Shown here piece by piece: positions 22,275 through 30,818 of a stretch of 64,000 bases of DNA. The translations under genes were made by a program, and so were the position numbers. The notes beneath the pieces were generated by a model. It made no database searches. It was not told the DNA's origin and saw only the letters and a list, made by a program, of their open reading frames with translations. Source of the stretch: Thermoplasmata archaeon (lineage in GTDB: Archaea; Thermoplasmatota; Thermoplasmata; Lutacidiplasmatales; UBA184); contig JAKAYL010000003.1 of the NCBI GenBank assembly GCA_021809545.1, positions 4,990 through 68,989 of the forward strand. Direction: 5' to 3'. Every line of letters starts with the position of its first letter. Within the stretch, counting starts at the first letter, position 1.

Positions 22275-23037
22275 TGTTGGTGGACTCCCTCCCGCCCCCC
22301 TTGAGGAAGGGGGCCAAGAAGATCCCGAGCGGAGTGATCTCGATCACATACTGGGCCCGGCTGTGCTGGGCCCCGCGCACCTTGATGATCTGCAGTGTCC
22401 GAAGGAGGTCCCCGTGCCTCTGCATGTTGCCGAGGAGAATGACCCCGTCCGCGATGTTCTCCTCCACCCCGTAGAGGGAGTACCGGTCGGCCTGGGGGCC
22501 GATCTCGCTCACGAGCAGGGTGGTGCAGACGATGTCGGAAAGCGACTTTCCCAGCTTCAGGATGAAGTCACGGATCTTCTCCTCGTGCCGGATGCGGAAG
22601 CACACGGAGGTGACCGAATCGAGCACGAGACGCTGGATCTTCAGGGTGCTCGCCAGGTCCACGATGGCCCCGATGAGGAGATCGATGTCCTCGGGCGTGA
22701 GCTCCTGCTTGGTCAGCCCCAGCTTCTCGTAGAGGATGGGGATGTCGATGAACACCAGCCGTCCCTCGTCGATGATCTTCTTGTCGAAGAACTCGAAGGT
22801 GGAGAGGTTCTCGATGATGCGTTCGGAAGCCTCGGTGACCGAGAGGAACATGGACTTCTCACCGGCGAGCGCTCCGCGCACGAGGTACTCCAGACCGAGC
22901 GTAGTCTTTCCCGTGCCACAGCTCCCGGTCAACAGGACCGTGCAACCCCGCGGGATGCCGCCATCCAGAATGTTGTCAAGTCCCTCGATGCCCGTAGGAC
23001 ACCGTGGAAGGTTGACCTTGGAATTGGGAGCCGCCAC
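22267..23037 (-). CDS. KaiC/RAD55-like ATPase (single domain, intact)
   Basis: Contains 'PTGIEGLDNILDGGIP', GSCGTGKT, 'LVLDS', 'IADGVILL' and 'IIKVRG'. GTG start inferred at 23037. Confidence 0.9.
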   Translation of the reverse strand: MAAPNSKVNLPRCPTGIEGLDNILDGGIPRGCTVLLTGSCGTGKTTLGLEYLVRGALAGEKSMFLSVTEASERIIENLSTFEFFDKKIIDEGRLVFIDIPILYEKLGLTKQELTPEDIDLLIGAIVDLASTLKIQRLVLDSVTSVCFRIRHEEKIRDFILKLGKSLSDIVCTTLLVSEIGPQADRYSLYGVEENIADGVILLGNMQRHGDLLRTLQIIKVRGAQHSRAQYVIEITPLGIFLAPFLKGGGRESTNNG

Positions 23038-23182
23038 AATGTAGACCAACAATAGCAAAGTTAAAAGATTATTCTCCAAGCAAGGAAGCCGAGTCGGTTC
23101 CCTCACCTTTCGATGGGCAAAAGAGGAATCCCGCTGGGAGAATGAGCCAGCCGGACGATTCCGGGCGCTGGATTGGTCTCGA

Positions 23183-25678
23183 TTAGCCCTCTGGGAGCCC
23201 GGTTTCTGTAGATTTCTGGGTCCTGGCCGCGGGCGATCCCTGAGGAGCTGGGTCAAATTCGCAGGGTAGGTTCTCCAGTCCGTGTCGCGAGAGCACCCAA
23301 ACGCGAGCTCCCCCTTCCCGCTGGGACCGCACGAGCACACCCTGGCGAGACAATTCCCTCCCGAGCTCGCGGACGAGAACCTCGTCGCCTTGGGCAAGTT
23401 CCCGGATGTGAGCGAGAGAGACCGTGAGCTCTTCGCCGGGCATCGAGCAGAGGCTCGCTTTTAGGACGGAGAGCAGTTCCTCGGTTGGCGACCGCGCTCC
23501 GGCGGGGGCGGTCTCGGGAGGACCCTTGGGCGCAGCTTCCTGCCCCCTGGACCAGAACGCCTTGGAATTTTCCCGCACTTGATCCCGCCGCGGAGAAGTT
23601 CGCTCCGGGTCGGCTCGCGGGGACGTTTGGGGGGGGAGCGTACGAACGCGGACCGCGGAGCCGGCCTTTCCGAGAAAGGCGACGACCTCGCCCTTCCCCA
23701 GCGAGAGCAAGCTCTCCTCAGGGGGCAGCCCCAGCTCCTCCCGGGCAAATCGGGCATCTGAAGGGGACCCCCGGAACAGGACCAGGTCCCGGGCGTTGGT
23801 CAGGAGCGCATCCCGGGCTTCCTTGGGAAGCCCCGAGACGGATTGCGTTGCTGCCCACACGTGGAGACCGTACCTTCGGCCCAGCCGAAGCATCTCGATC
23901 AGGGACTCGTTGGCGTACTCCTGGATCTCGTCTAGTAGCAAGACCACCTTCCCGCGGGGACCTTTCCGGCTCACAATACGGGACCAAACGAGAGATAGCA
24001 TCAGGGAGCCGAGGTAGGAGGCTCCCCTTCCTCCGATCTGAGCACGGTCCATGGAGAGCAGCGTGATGTTCCCCGGCTGCAGGGCCTGCGAAAGGTCCCA
24101 GCGCGGGTTCCGGGAGGCCAGGATCTCTGCCAGTGACGGCGAGAGCGTGACCTCGCTGAGGACGCGACGGGCGCCCTCCATGTCCTCGGGACGCTCACGC
24201 TGGAGCCGTTCGAGCAGTTCCCGAGATTCTCGCTCCTCGGAACCTTCCGAGGAGAGATAGGTCTCGGCCGCTCGGGGGTCCTCCAAGATGGCTACGGCAT
24301 CGGAGAGCGTAGTGCCTTTTCGGTAGCTGAGATACAGGAAGATCCGCGTGAGCAAGTCCTCGATCCGCGGTCCCCAGTAGAAGGTCTCTCCGTAGCGCTC
24401 TGCCCGGACCCTCCGGAAGGCCGTCACCAGCTCCCCCACCAACCGTTCCCGCTGGAGGGAGGCTGCTCTGGGATCCGGATCGAAATCGAATTGGAGGGCG
24501 TTCTGGGCCACGGGAGAACTCCCCGGGGAGATCCAGAGGGCCCGAGCGAGCCGAGAAGGGTCCAACGACTCAAGGAGGTCCGCCACGGTATCTCCCAGGG
24601 GATCGAAAACGATGAGGGCAGTGTCTGGGCCGAGAACTCGAGCCGCCAGACGTACCAGGAGAGTGCTCTTTCCCATCCCGGTCTCTCCCGCCACGAGTAG
24701 GTGGTGCCCCTCGGCCCTGTTCCAGGGGAGGGCGACCTCGGTTCCGAGCGGATCGGATCCGAGGACCAGACCACTTCGATCGGCGATTCCCTTCCTCAAG
24801 GGGGGAAAGGACTCCGTGGCGGTGGGGAACCAGGCCATCGTTTCGGGGGTCGAAAGCACTCCTGCTTTCCTCCACAGGCGTTCTCGCTCGCTGACGAATC
24901 GGGCACTGACGTGTCGCTCGAGGATCTGACGTCGTCCCCACCGTGTCCGCGGCCACTTCAGGGTGAAGCCCGAACCGCCGGGCTGTGTGGTGAGCGACTC
25001 TACGAGACGGGTGAGGAGCCTGCGGTGTTGGAGTTCCTCCTCGGCTTGGCTAGACTTTCCGGGGTCGCTCCAGAGGAGCACAGCTCCCCCCACGGTCCAC
25101 AATTGATCCATCGTCCGCTCTGCGCGCTGGTCCAGCAACTGGCGTCCCGGGGTGTGGGAGGGGAGGTCAACGGTCCGTCTCACCTCGCTCGAGACCGAGG
25201 GAGGTCTCGACCCACCGTGGGGGGTGAGGATGACCTTCAGGTGAAAGTTCCAGTCCCCGCCCAGGTCGGCGGAGAGGATCCCTTCCCAAACGGGAAGGAT
25301 ACTCTCGCGAAGAAGGGACTGCGAAGGGAACGGCCCCTGTGGGGCCAAACCTGCGGGAACCAATTCGGCTACGCTCCCTGAGAGCAGGGCTTTTCCCGGG
25401 GGGACGTAGACCGTCGGCTCCAAACCCCAGTTGCGGTAGATCGGGCGGAGGACCCGCTCGAGATGCGCAGCACCACTTCTCGAACAACTGAGAAGGAGGC
25501 GTCGGGTTCCTTTGGCGACCACGACCTCAAAGGCGACGGGCTGCTCGAGCGCATGGAGGATCCGCCCGGTACCAAGGAGCAGCGCCGCATGCCGGGACGG
25601 GTCCTCAAGGACGGTGGAGGAGGGTGGAAAGAGCCTCCAGGAGGCCACGGAACCGGGATTTTGGGCAAAGAGGACCAT
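23183..25678 (-). CDS. VirD4/TrwB/HerA-superfamily ATPase (type IV coupling-protein-like) with possible C-terminal winged helix
   Basis: Contains 'HLLVAGETGMGKS', 'FDPLGD', 'WGPRIED', 'LLLDEIQ' and 'GRRYGLHVWAATQ'. Confidence 0.82.
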   Translation of the reverse strand: MVLFAQNPGSVASWRLFPPSSTVLEDPSRHAALLLGTGRILHALEQPVAFEVVVAKGTRRLLLSCSRSGAAHLERVLRPIYRNWGLEPTVYVPPGKALLSGSVAELVPAGLAPQGPFPSQSLLRESILPVWEGILSADLGGDWNFHLKVILTPHGGSRPPSVSSEVRRTVDLPSHTPGRQLLDQRAERTMDQLWTVGGAVLLWSDPGKSSQAEEELQHRRLLTRLVESLTTQPGGSGFTLKWPRTRWGRRQILERHVSARFVSERERLWRKAGVLSTPETMAWFPTATESFPPLRKGIADRSGLVLGSDPLGTEVALPWNRAEGHHLLVAGETGMGKSTLLVRLAARVLGPDTALIVFDPLGDTVADLLESLDPSRLARALWISPGSSPVAQNALQFDFDPDPRAASLQRERLVGELVTAFRRVRAERYGETFYWGPRIEDLLTRIFLYLSYRKGTTLSDAVAILEDPRAAETYLSSEGSEERESRELLERLQRERPEDMEGARRVLSEVTLSPSLAEILASRNPRWDLSQALQPGNITLLSMDRAQIGGRGASYLGSLMLSLVWSRIVSRKGPRGKVVLLLDEIQEYANESLIEMLRLGRRYGLHVWAATQSVSGLPKEARDALLTNARDLVLFRGSPSDARFAREELGLPPEESLLSLGKGEVVAFLGKAGSAVRVRTLPPQTSPRADPERTSPRRDQVRENSKAFWSRGQEAAPKGPPETAPAGARSPTEELLSVLKASLCSMPGEELTVSLAHIRELAQGDEVLVRELGRELSRQGVLVRSQREGGARVWVLSRHGLENLPCEFDPAPQGSPAARTQKSTETGLPEG

Positions 25679-25699
25679 GCCCGGGTTTCGTCAAAGAGG

Positions 25700-25707
25700 T
25701 TTAAACG
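25700..25707. promoter_or_regulatory. Palindromic TATA box (GTTTAAAC), probably shared by the divergent ATPase and GTPase genes
   Basis: Lies about 22 nt from the ATG at 25678 (-) and about 30 nt from the ATG at 25737 (+). Confidence 0.5.
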
Positions 25708-25736
25708 GCAACGGAGTACGCCCCGTCTGCTGCGCT

Positions 25737-26858
25737 ATGGGTACTATAGAGGAGGAGATCGAGCGCCTGGAGGAGGAGATTCGCAAGACTCCCCACAACA
25801 AGGCGACCGAGGGACATATCGGCCGTCTTCGGGCCAAGATCGCCTCGCTGCGCCTCGAGCGAGAGAAGCGCTCCAAGGGTGGTGGAGCCGGCCTAGGGTA
25901 CGCGGTCCGAAAGAGCGGGCACGCGACCGTGGCGCTCGTGGGTTTCCCTTCGGTAGGGAAATCGACCCTTCTCACGCGTCTCACGGGCGCCGAGAGTGAA
26001 GCGGCCGCGTACGAGTTCACCACGACCACGATCATTCCGGGCATGCTGCCCTGGCGGGGGGCCAACATCCAGATCCTCGACATGCCGGGTCTCGTGGCCG
26101 GGGCGGCCCACGGACGCGGTCGCGGTCGTGAGGTCATCTCCGTGGCTCGCTCGTCGGACCTGCTCCTCTTCATCATCGACGGAGAGCATCTCGAGGTGCG
26201 AGGGCTGGTCAAGGAGCTGGAGAACGCGGCGATCCGCATCGACCGGGCCCCTCCGGCCATTTCCTACACCAAGGCGGAGAAAGGTGGGGTCCATGTCGAA
26301 TCAACGGTGAAGTTGACCCGCGTGACCCCGAAGCTAGTGACGGACATCGCCCGCGAGTTCGGGATACACAACGCCCTGCTGGTGCTCCGTCAGGACGCGA
26401 CCCTGGACGATGTCATCGATGCGCTCGCGGGGAACCGGGTCTACCTCCCCTCGCTCTGGGTCGTGAACAAGGCGGATCTGCTGGATGCCGCCGCACGGAA
26501 GAAGGTGGCTCAAAAGCTCGCCCCGTTCAAGGTCCATTTCGTCTCCGCCACCACGGGTGAGGGTGTGGAGGAGCTCAAGGACGCCATCGGTTACGCCCTG
26601 GCCTTCATCCGCATCTATCTCAAACCCCAAGGGAAGGAGGCCGACATGACCGAGCCGCTCATCTTGCGGAGGGGGTCCACCATCCGCGATCTCTTGCAGC
26701 GTCTGCCCCATTCCCTTGCTTCCACCTTCGGATCCGCCCTGGTCTGGGGGAAGAGCGCGAAGTTCCCCGGCCAAAGGGTCTCGCGCGAGCACCAGCTCGA
26801 CGACATGGACGTCGTGACGATCGTGATCCAGAGAGGGCGGGGCCCGGCTATCCGTTAG
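25737..26858 (+). CDS. DRG/Rbg-family GTP-binding protein with TGS domain
   Basis: Contains 'TPHNKATEGHIG', GFPSVGKS, 'YEFTT', 'DMPG', NKAD and TGS 'WGKSAKFPGQRV'. Confidence 0.95.
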   Translation: MGTIEEEIERLEEEIRKTPHNKATEGHIGRLRAKIASLRLEREKRSKGGGAGLGYAVRKSGHATVALVGFPSVGKSTLLTRLTGAESEAAAYEFTTTTIIPGMLPWRGANIQILDMPGLVAGAAHGRGRGREVISVARSSDLLLFIIDGEHLEVRGLVKELENAAIRIDRAPPAISYTKAEKGGVHVESTVKLTRVTPKLVTDIAREFGIHNALLVLRQDATLDDVIDALAGNRVYLPSLWVVNKADLLDAAARKKVAQKLAPFKVHFVSATTGEGVEELKDAIGYALAFIRIYLKPQGKEADMTEPLILRRGSTIRDLLQRLPHSLASTFGSALVWGKSAKFPGQRVSREHQLDDMDVVTIVIQRGRGPAIR

Positions 26859-27279
26859 TGGGTTCCAGGTCGAGGAGCGTGAGGAGCGGGCCGGACTGCG
26901 TCCGCCCGAACTTCTTATCCTCGAAGACGGTGAGGAGAAGTTCCACGACCACGTGGACGGTTCCCTGGAAGAGATGCCCGCCGACCACGTCATGCGAGCG
27001 GTTCGCGAGGGCGGCGTGCACGTGCAGGTGCGGTTTCCCATCGATGATCGCCAGACTTCCCTGAAGTGAGACGAGTTCGTGGGGTTGCTCGTAGGTGCGC
27101 TCGTCGTAGCGATCCCCGATGAAGTATCCGATGCGGGTTCCCCGCAACATCCCGATCCCCGAGGTAATGAAGGCCCCCGTGACCTTCTCCTCCTCCGCGA
27201 TCTGGAGGATGGAACTCACGAAGTCCTCGCCGCTATCGAGCTTAACCGCGAGGCGCGGACCGTCCCGGTACTTCTGCAT
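26848..27279 (-). CDS. PPC domain (DUF296) protein
   Basis: Contains 'ELVSLQGS', 'HLHVH' and 'GGHL'. Confidence 0.88.
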   Translation of the reverse strand: MQKYRDGPRLAVKLDSGEDFVSSILQIAEEEKVTGAFITSGIGMLRGTRIGYFIGDRYDERTYEQPHELVSLQGSLAIIDGKPHLHVHAALANRSHDVVGGHLFQGTVHVVVELLLTVFEDKKFGRTQSGPLLTLLDLEPTNG

Positions 27280-27287
27280 CCTACGGG

Positions 27288-27971
27288 TCAGGCTCGAGAC
27301 CTACCAGCTATAAATGCGTGCCGCCTGTAAAACGGCTCGAGGGGGATTGGGGCATCCAACTGGAAGTGCTCCCGAAGTTCGCGCACGGCCGCTTCCAAGT
27401 GTTCCTTCGGCGTGCGGGCCCGCCCCAAGCTCGAAAGCTTGAGCGCGAGATAGAGCCTTCCCCCGGGCCTGAGGAAGAGGGAGGCGTTCCGCAGAGCGAT
27501 CTCGACCTGGTCGGGCTGCGGGATGTCCATGTAAAGGGCCCCGACCATGGGAACCAGGCCAACGTAACTCTCCGGCTCCCGGACATCTCGGAGCAGGGGG
27601 GCAAGGTTGGGCCAACGGCCCGCCGATGCAAGGAGCCGCGCAAAGGCCCGGGGGCTCTTCTCGACCGCGTAGACGATTCCCTGCGGACCCACGAGGTCCG
27701 CGACATGGCTCGCCGTCGTTCCTGTCGCAGCTCCGAGATAGAGCACATTCTCACCCGGGAGGAGGGGGGGTGCTTTCAGACCGAGGGCCAAAGCTGCCGC
27801 GAGCTTGGAGCGGGAAGGTTCTAACACTCTCCAAACGGCGCCGTCGGCTACCCGCGACCTCTCGCCAGTGATCGGAGATGGCCCTCCGAGGGATCGGGTC
27901 CAGAATAGCTGGCGCCCGCCGCGGGTCTCTGCCCGCAGCGCCGACGATGCTTCTCGACCCTTGACGGTCAT
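27288..27971 (-). CDS. flpA: Fibrillarin-like rRNA/tRNA 2'-O-methyltransferase
   Basis: Contains 'SRSKLAA', 'VLYLGAATGTTASHVAD', 'DIPQPDQ' and 'LEPF..RH'. Confidence 0.93.
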   Translation of the reverse strand: MTVKGREASSALRAETRGGRQLFWTRSLGGPSPITGERSRVADGAVWRVLEPSRSKLAAALALGLKAPPLLPGENVLYLGAATGTTASHVADLVGPQGIVYAVEKSPRAFARLLASAGRWPNLAPLLRDVREPESYVGLVPMVGALYMDIPQPDQVEIALRNASLFLRPGGRLYLALKLSSLGRARTPKEHLEAAVRELREHFQLDAPIPLEPFYRRHAFIAGRSRA

Positions 27972-28894
27972 CGCTCGTTCCCTCGTCGGTCCTTTTGACG
28001 CAAGAGTTCGCGGATGCGCCCTTCCTTCTTCTGCAACAGCCACTCAATCCGGTCCTGGTGAGTAAGCAAGTCCGCCCGGATGGCCACTGCAGCAAGCCCC
28101 CCGAGGGTGCGGGCCAAGGCACCCCGGCGGTCGGCCGGGACCCGTTCCATGCCGTCCGCAAGATATATGAGGCCGTGCCGGGGATTCCGTCCCGGGGAGC
28201 GGCGCCGCGCCCCGATCAACTGTATCCGAGAGGGAGTGAGCTTTCCTAGCTGGAGCACGGAGGTTGCCTCCGTAAGGAGCCGGGCGGCCGTCCGGTAGCC
28301 CAGAAGGGTGCTGAGCGAAGGGAGCAGTTTCCGTGTCACCCCCTCAAGGGATTTCTCGGCCTCTCCCAGGGTCTGCGAGATCTCCTTCCGGAAGGAAGTC
28401 GACCGGGCCAGGTGCGCGGCGATGGGAGTGCCCTCCCCAGAGGAAAGGGCAAGGTACGACGCGAACTCCTCCTCGCGGCGCCGCAGCCGTTCCAGACGAT
28501 CACATTCGCGAGAGAGCGCGGTGATCTGTTCCTCCGGGCTTGCAAAGCGTTCTCTCAGCTCGGCGGAGGCCAAGGCCACAAGCGCCCTGGGAGGGAGAGG
28601 GTAGAAAACTCGCTCGCGGATCTTGCGCAGGATGGTTTCGGAGAGGGGGAGCACTTGGATGTGCGCGCGCTCCAGCAGCTTTCGCGAGAGCGGATCCCCG
28701 GCTCCCACCTTGTCAAGATGCTTCTCGCCAAAGCTTGCGCGGGTCCAATCGACCAGTCCCGCCGAGGCCCGGGCCGAGAGCGTCTCCCGAAGAGCTTCCT
28801 CCCCCTTGGGAAGGTCGCAGAAGTCGATCTCCTTGAGCCCGGGGCCAAGATGGACCACCCTGCGGCCGAGATGGAGAAGGTAGTGAGACTCCAT
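27968..28894 (-). CDS. nop5: Divergent Nop5/Nop56 box C/D sRNP scaffold
   Basis: Nop domain motifs 'PSLSTLLG', 'SRIQLIGA', 'PRHGLIY', 'RRGALARTL' and 'AIRAD'. Immediately upstream of fibrillarin. Confidence 0.8.
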   Translation of the reverse strand: MESHYLLHLGRRVVHLGPGLKEIDFCDLPKGEEALRETLSARASAGLVDWTRASFGEKHLDKVGAGDPLSRKLLERAHIQVLPLSETILRKIRERVFYPLPPRALVALASAELRERFASPEEQITALSRECDRLERLRRREEEFASYLALSSGEGTPIAAHLARSTSFRKEISQTLGEAEKSLEGVTRKLLPSLSTLLGYRTAARLLTEATSVLQLGKLTPSRIQLIGARRRSPGRNPRHGLIYLADGMERVPADRRGALARTLGGLAAVAIRADLLTHQDRIEWLLQKKEGRIRELLRQKDRRGNER

Positions 28895-28946
28895 CTTCGG
28901 CCGGACAGGGGGTGCGGGACCGCTCGTAACCCGACCGCTCAGGTCC

Positions 28947-29480
28947 TCATTCGAGCACTTCGCGCAGGACCTCGTCCGCCTGGCGGCGGAGATCCTGCAC
29001 GGCGCCTTCGTTGACGATCATGTGGTCGGCCATCGCGAGGGCGTTGCCGATCCCGAACTTGAGTTCCCGCCGGTCCCTCTCGTAGAAGGCCTCGAAGCTC
29101 ATGGAATCGTCCCCCCGGGCGCGGCGGGAGAGTCGTTCGAACCGGGTCTCAGGTGAGGAATGGATCCCGATGAGAACCAGGTCGCCAAAGTGGTGCCGGA
29201 GGAGATCGAGCTCGTCGTTGCTTCGGCACCCGTCGATGAGGGTCTTCGTCTCCGTGACGAGAGGGATCACCCTCTTGGCCCAGATGGAGGCACCGTGCTT
29301 CTCGCGTTCCTCGTTGGCGATCCGGCCGAGGTTCTGGTCGTTGAGTTGCAGCTTGCGCCGCTGGGCCTCGGATCGCACCAGGTCCCCCATCTTGATGACA
29401 TGAAACCCGAGGCTCTTCGCCACGTTGACCAGTTCGTCCTTCCCCGACCCGGGCATGCCGACGGTGACGGCAAGCTTCAT
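28947..29480 (-). CDS. UPF0200 P-loop nucleotide kinase-like protein
   Basis: Contains 'VGMPGSGK', 'MGDLVR', 'IDGCR' and 'RDRRELKFG'. Confidence 0.85.
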   Translation of the reverse strand: MKLAVTVGMPGSGKDELVNVAKSLGFHVIKMGDLVRSEAQRRKLQLNDQNLGRIANEEREKHGASIWAKRVIPLVTETKTLIDGCRSNDELDLLRHHFGDLVLIGIHSSPETRFERLSRRARGDDSMSFEAFYERDRRELKFGIGNALAMADHMIVNEGAVQDLRRQADEVLREVLE

Positions 29481-30073
29481 TGTCGTCCGACCTGCTGTTT
29501 GCTCGAACCCGCCTGGGAGACGTCCTCTTCCGTGGCCTGTTGGAGCCGGTCCGCCCGAGAATTGTAGTTCTGGTACTCGATATCATAGACCTTGGCCTTC
29601 TCCTCGAACATGTCCGCCGTGACCTTCTTCTGGGAGGAGACGGCGAGATAGTGCTGTCCCTTGGCGTCGTAAAGGGCCGCCTTCCTCTGGTACTTGGCGA
29701 TCTTCTCCTGATACTTGCGGATCTTCAGGTGGAGCTTTGACTGGTCCCGGGGGCGCGTCCCCCCGCTGCTCACAGCCTGGGCTCCCATCTTCAGCTCGTC
29801 CTCGAGCTCCTTCATCTTATCAACGAAGAGGCTGACCTTCTGGCGGGTCGTCGATGCCTTCTCCTTCATGATCGTGGCCTTGTGCTTGTAGCTCTCCATC
29901 GAGGTGAGGTACTTCGAAGATTTGTGCCTCAGCTTCATGGCCTGATGAGAACTCTTCTGCGCGAGCTCTCGCAGCTTTGCAATGTCCGCATATTCTTGGC
30001 TGAAGAACCGTACCCGCGTCTCGGGCATGGATCCAGGGATTCCGGCGCCCGACGGTGGTGGGTTGCCGCTCAT
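29477..30073 (-). CDS. Basic coiled-coil hypothetical protein
   Basis: Two long Lys/Ala-rich heptad helices. TATA-like TTTTTAAG about 25 nt upstream; 4-bp overlap with the next gene. Confidence 0.75.
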   Translation of the reverse strand: MSGNPPPSGAGIPGSMPETRVRFFSQEYADIAKLRELAQKSSHQAMKLRHKSSKYLTSMESYKHKATIMKEKASTTRQKVSLFVDKMKELEDELKMGAQAVSSGGTRPRDQSKLHLKIRKYQEKIAKYQRKAALYDAKGQHYLAVSSQKKVTADMFEEKAKVYDIEYQNYNSRADRLQQATEEDVSQAGSSKQQVGRQ

Positions 30074-30308
30074 AGTTAGTCTCCTATACCCCCCACCTTA
30101 AAAACATGATGGGGAGAGAGGAGCCAGAAGGCTGGCTCGCGCAAGGGTACCTCTCGGGCTACGCGAGAACGGAGACCCCCCCCGAGATCAGGCCATGGAT
30201 GTGGGAACCCGTACCGGGATAGTACCCCTGCGGGCATGTACCCACCGAAGTAATGAATCCGCTGGGCTCACACCTTCGAGAGATACGGTTTCATGAGGAG
30301 ATCCTTCT

Positions 30309-30818
30309 ATGCCTGAGCACCGTTGGGTCCTTGTGCGCCATGCCCCGGCGATGCCCAGAGACCCTGCCCGTTGGCCCGGGGACCGGGACCGCCCGATCCG
30401 CCCCAGCGGAAAGATCGAGTTTGAAGAGGCAGCCGAGGGACTGGCTCCCCTGCTTGGAGACAAAGGGACCCTGGTAACGAGCCCTCTCACCCGGGCCCGG
30501 GAAACCTCCACCATTGTCTCACGCTGGTGGAAGAACGGAGGGGATCCAAGGATATGGCCGGAACTGGAGCCGGAGGTTGCGCCGAGTGCCCTCTTCGATC
30601 GGGCGCGGGCTTTCCGAGGCTCGGGGGACCTTGTCCTTGTCGGCCATGAGCCGCTCTTGTCCAGCTTCGCAGGCTATTGCATCATGGGCGAGGGGCTTTC
30701 CATCCTTAAACTGTCCAAGGGAGGCGCCGTGGCCTTGGAATTTCCCGGGAAAGTGCGGCCGGGAGCGGCGCGGATATTGTGGGCCCTGACCCGGAACCAA
30801 CTGCGCGAGATGCGGTAA
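30309..30818 (+). CDS. sixA: SixA-like phosphohistidine phosphatase
   Basis: Contains 'LVRHA', 'DRDRP', 'TSPLTRARET' and 'LVGHEP'. Confidence 0.88.
   Translation: MPEHRWVLVRHAPAMPRDPARWPGDRDRPIRPSGKIEFEEAAEGLAPLLGDKGTLVTSPLTRARETSTIVSRWWKNGGDPRIWPELEPEVAPSALFDRARAFRGSGDLVLVGHEPLLSSFAGYCIMGEGLSILKLSKGGAVALEFPGKVRPGAARILWALTRNQLREMR

Noticed and set aside
20911-23037. Circadian clock (kaiABC)
   Set aside because: These are single-domain proteins with no KaiA/KaiB nearby and no ST phosphosite pair.
23183-25678. Integrated conjugative element
   Set aside because: No integrase, relaxase, att repeats, tRNA target or compositional shift is visible.
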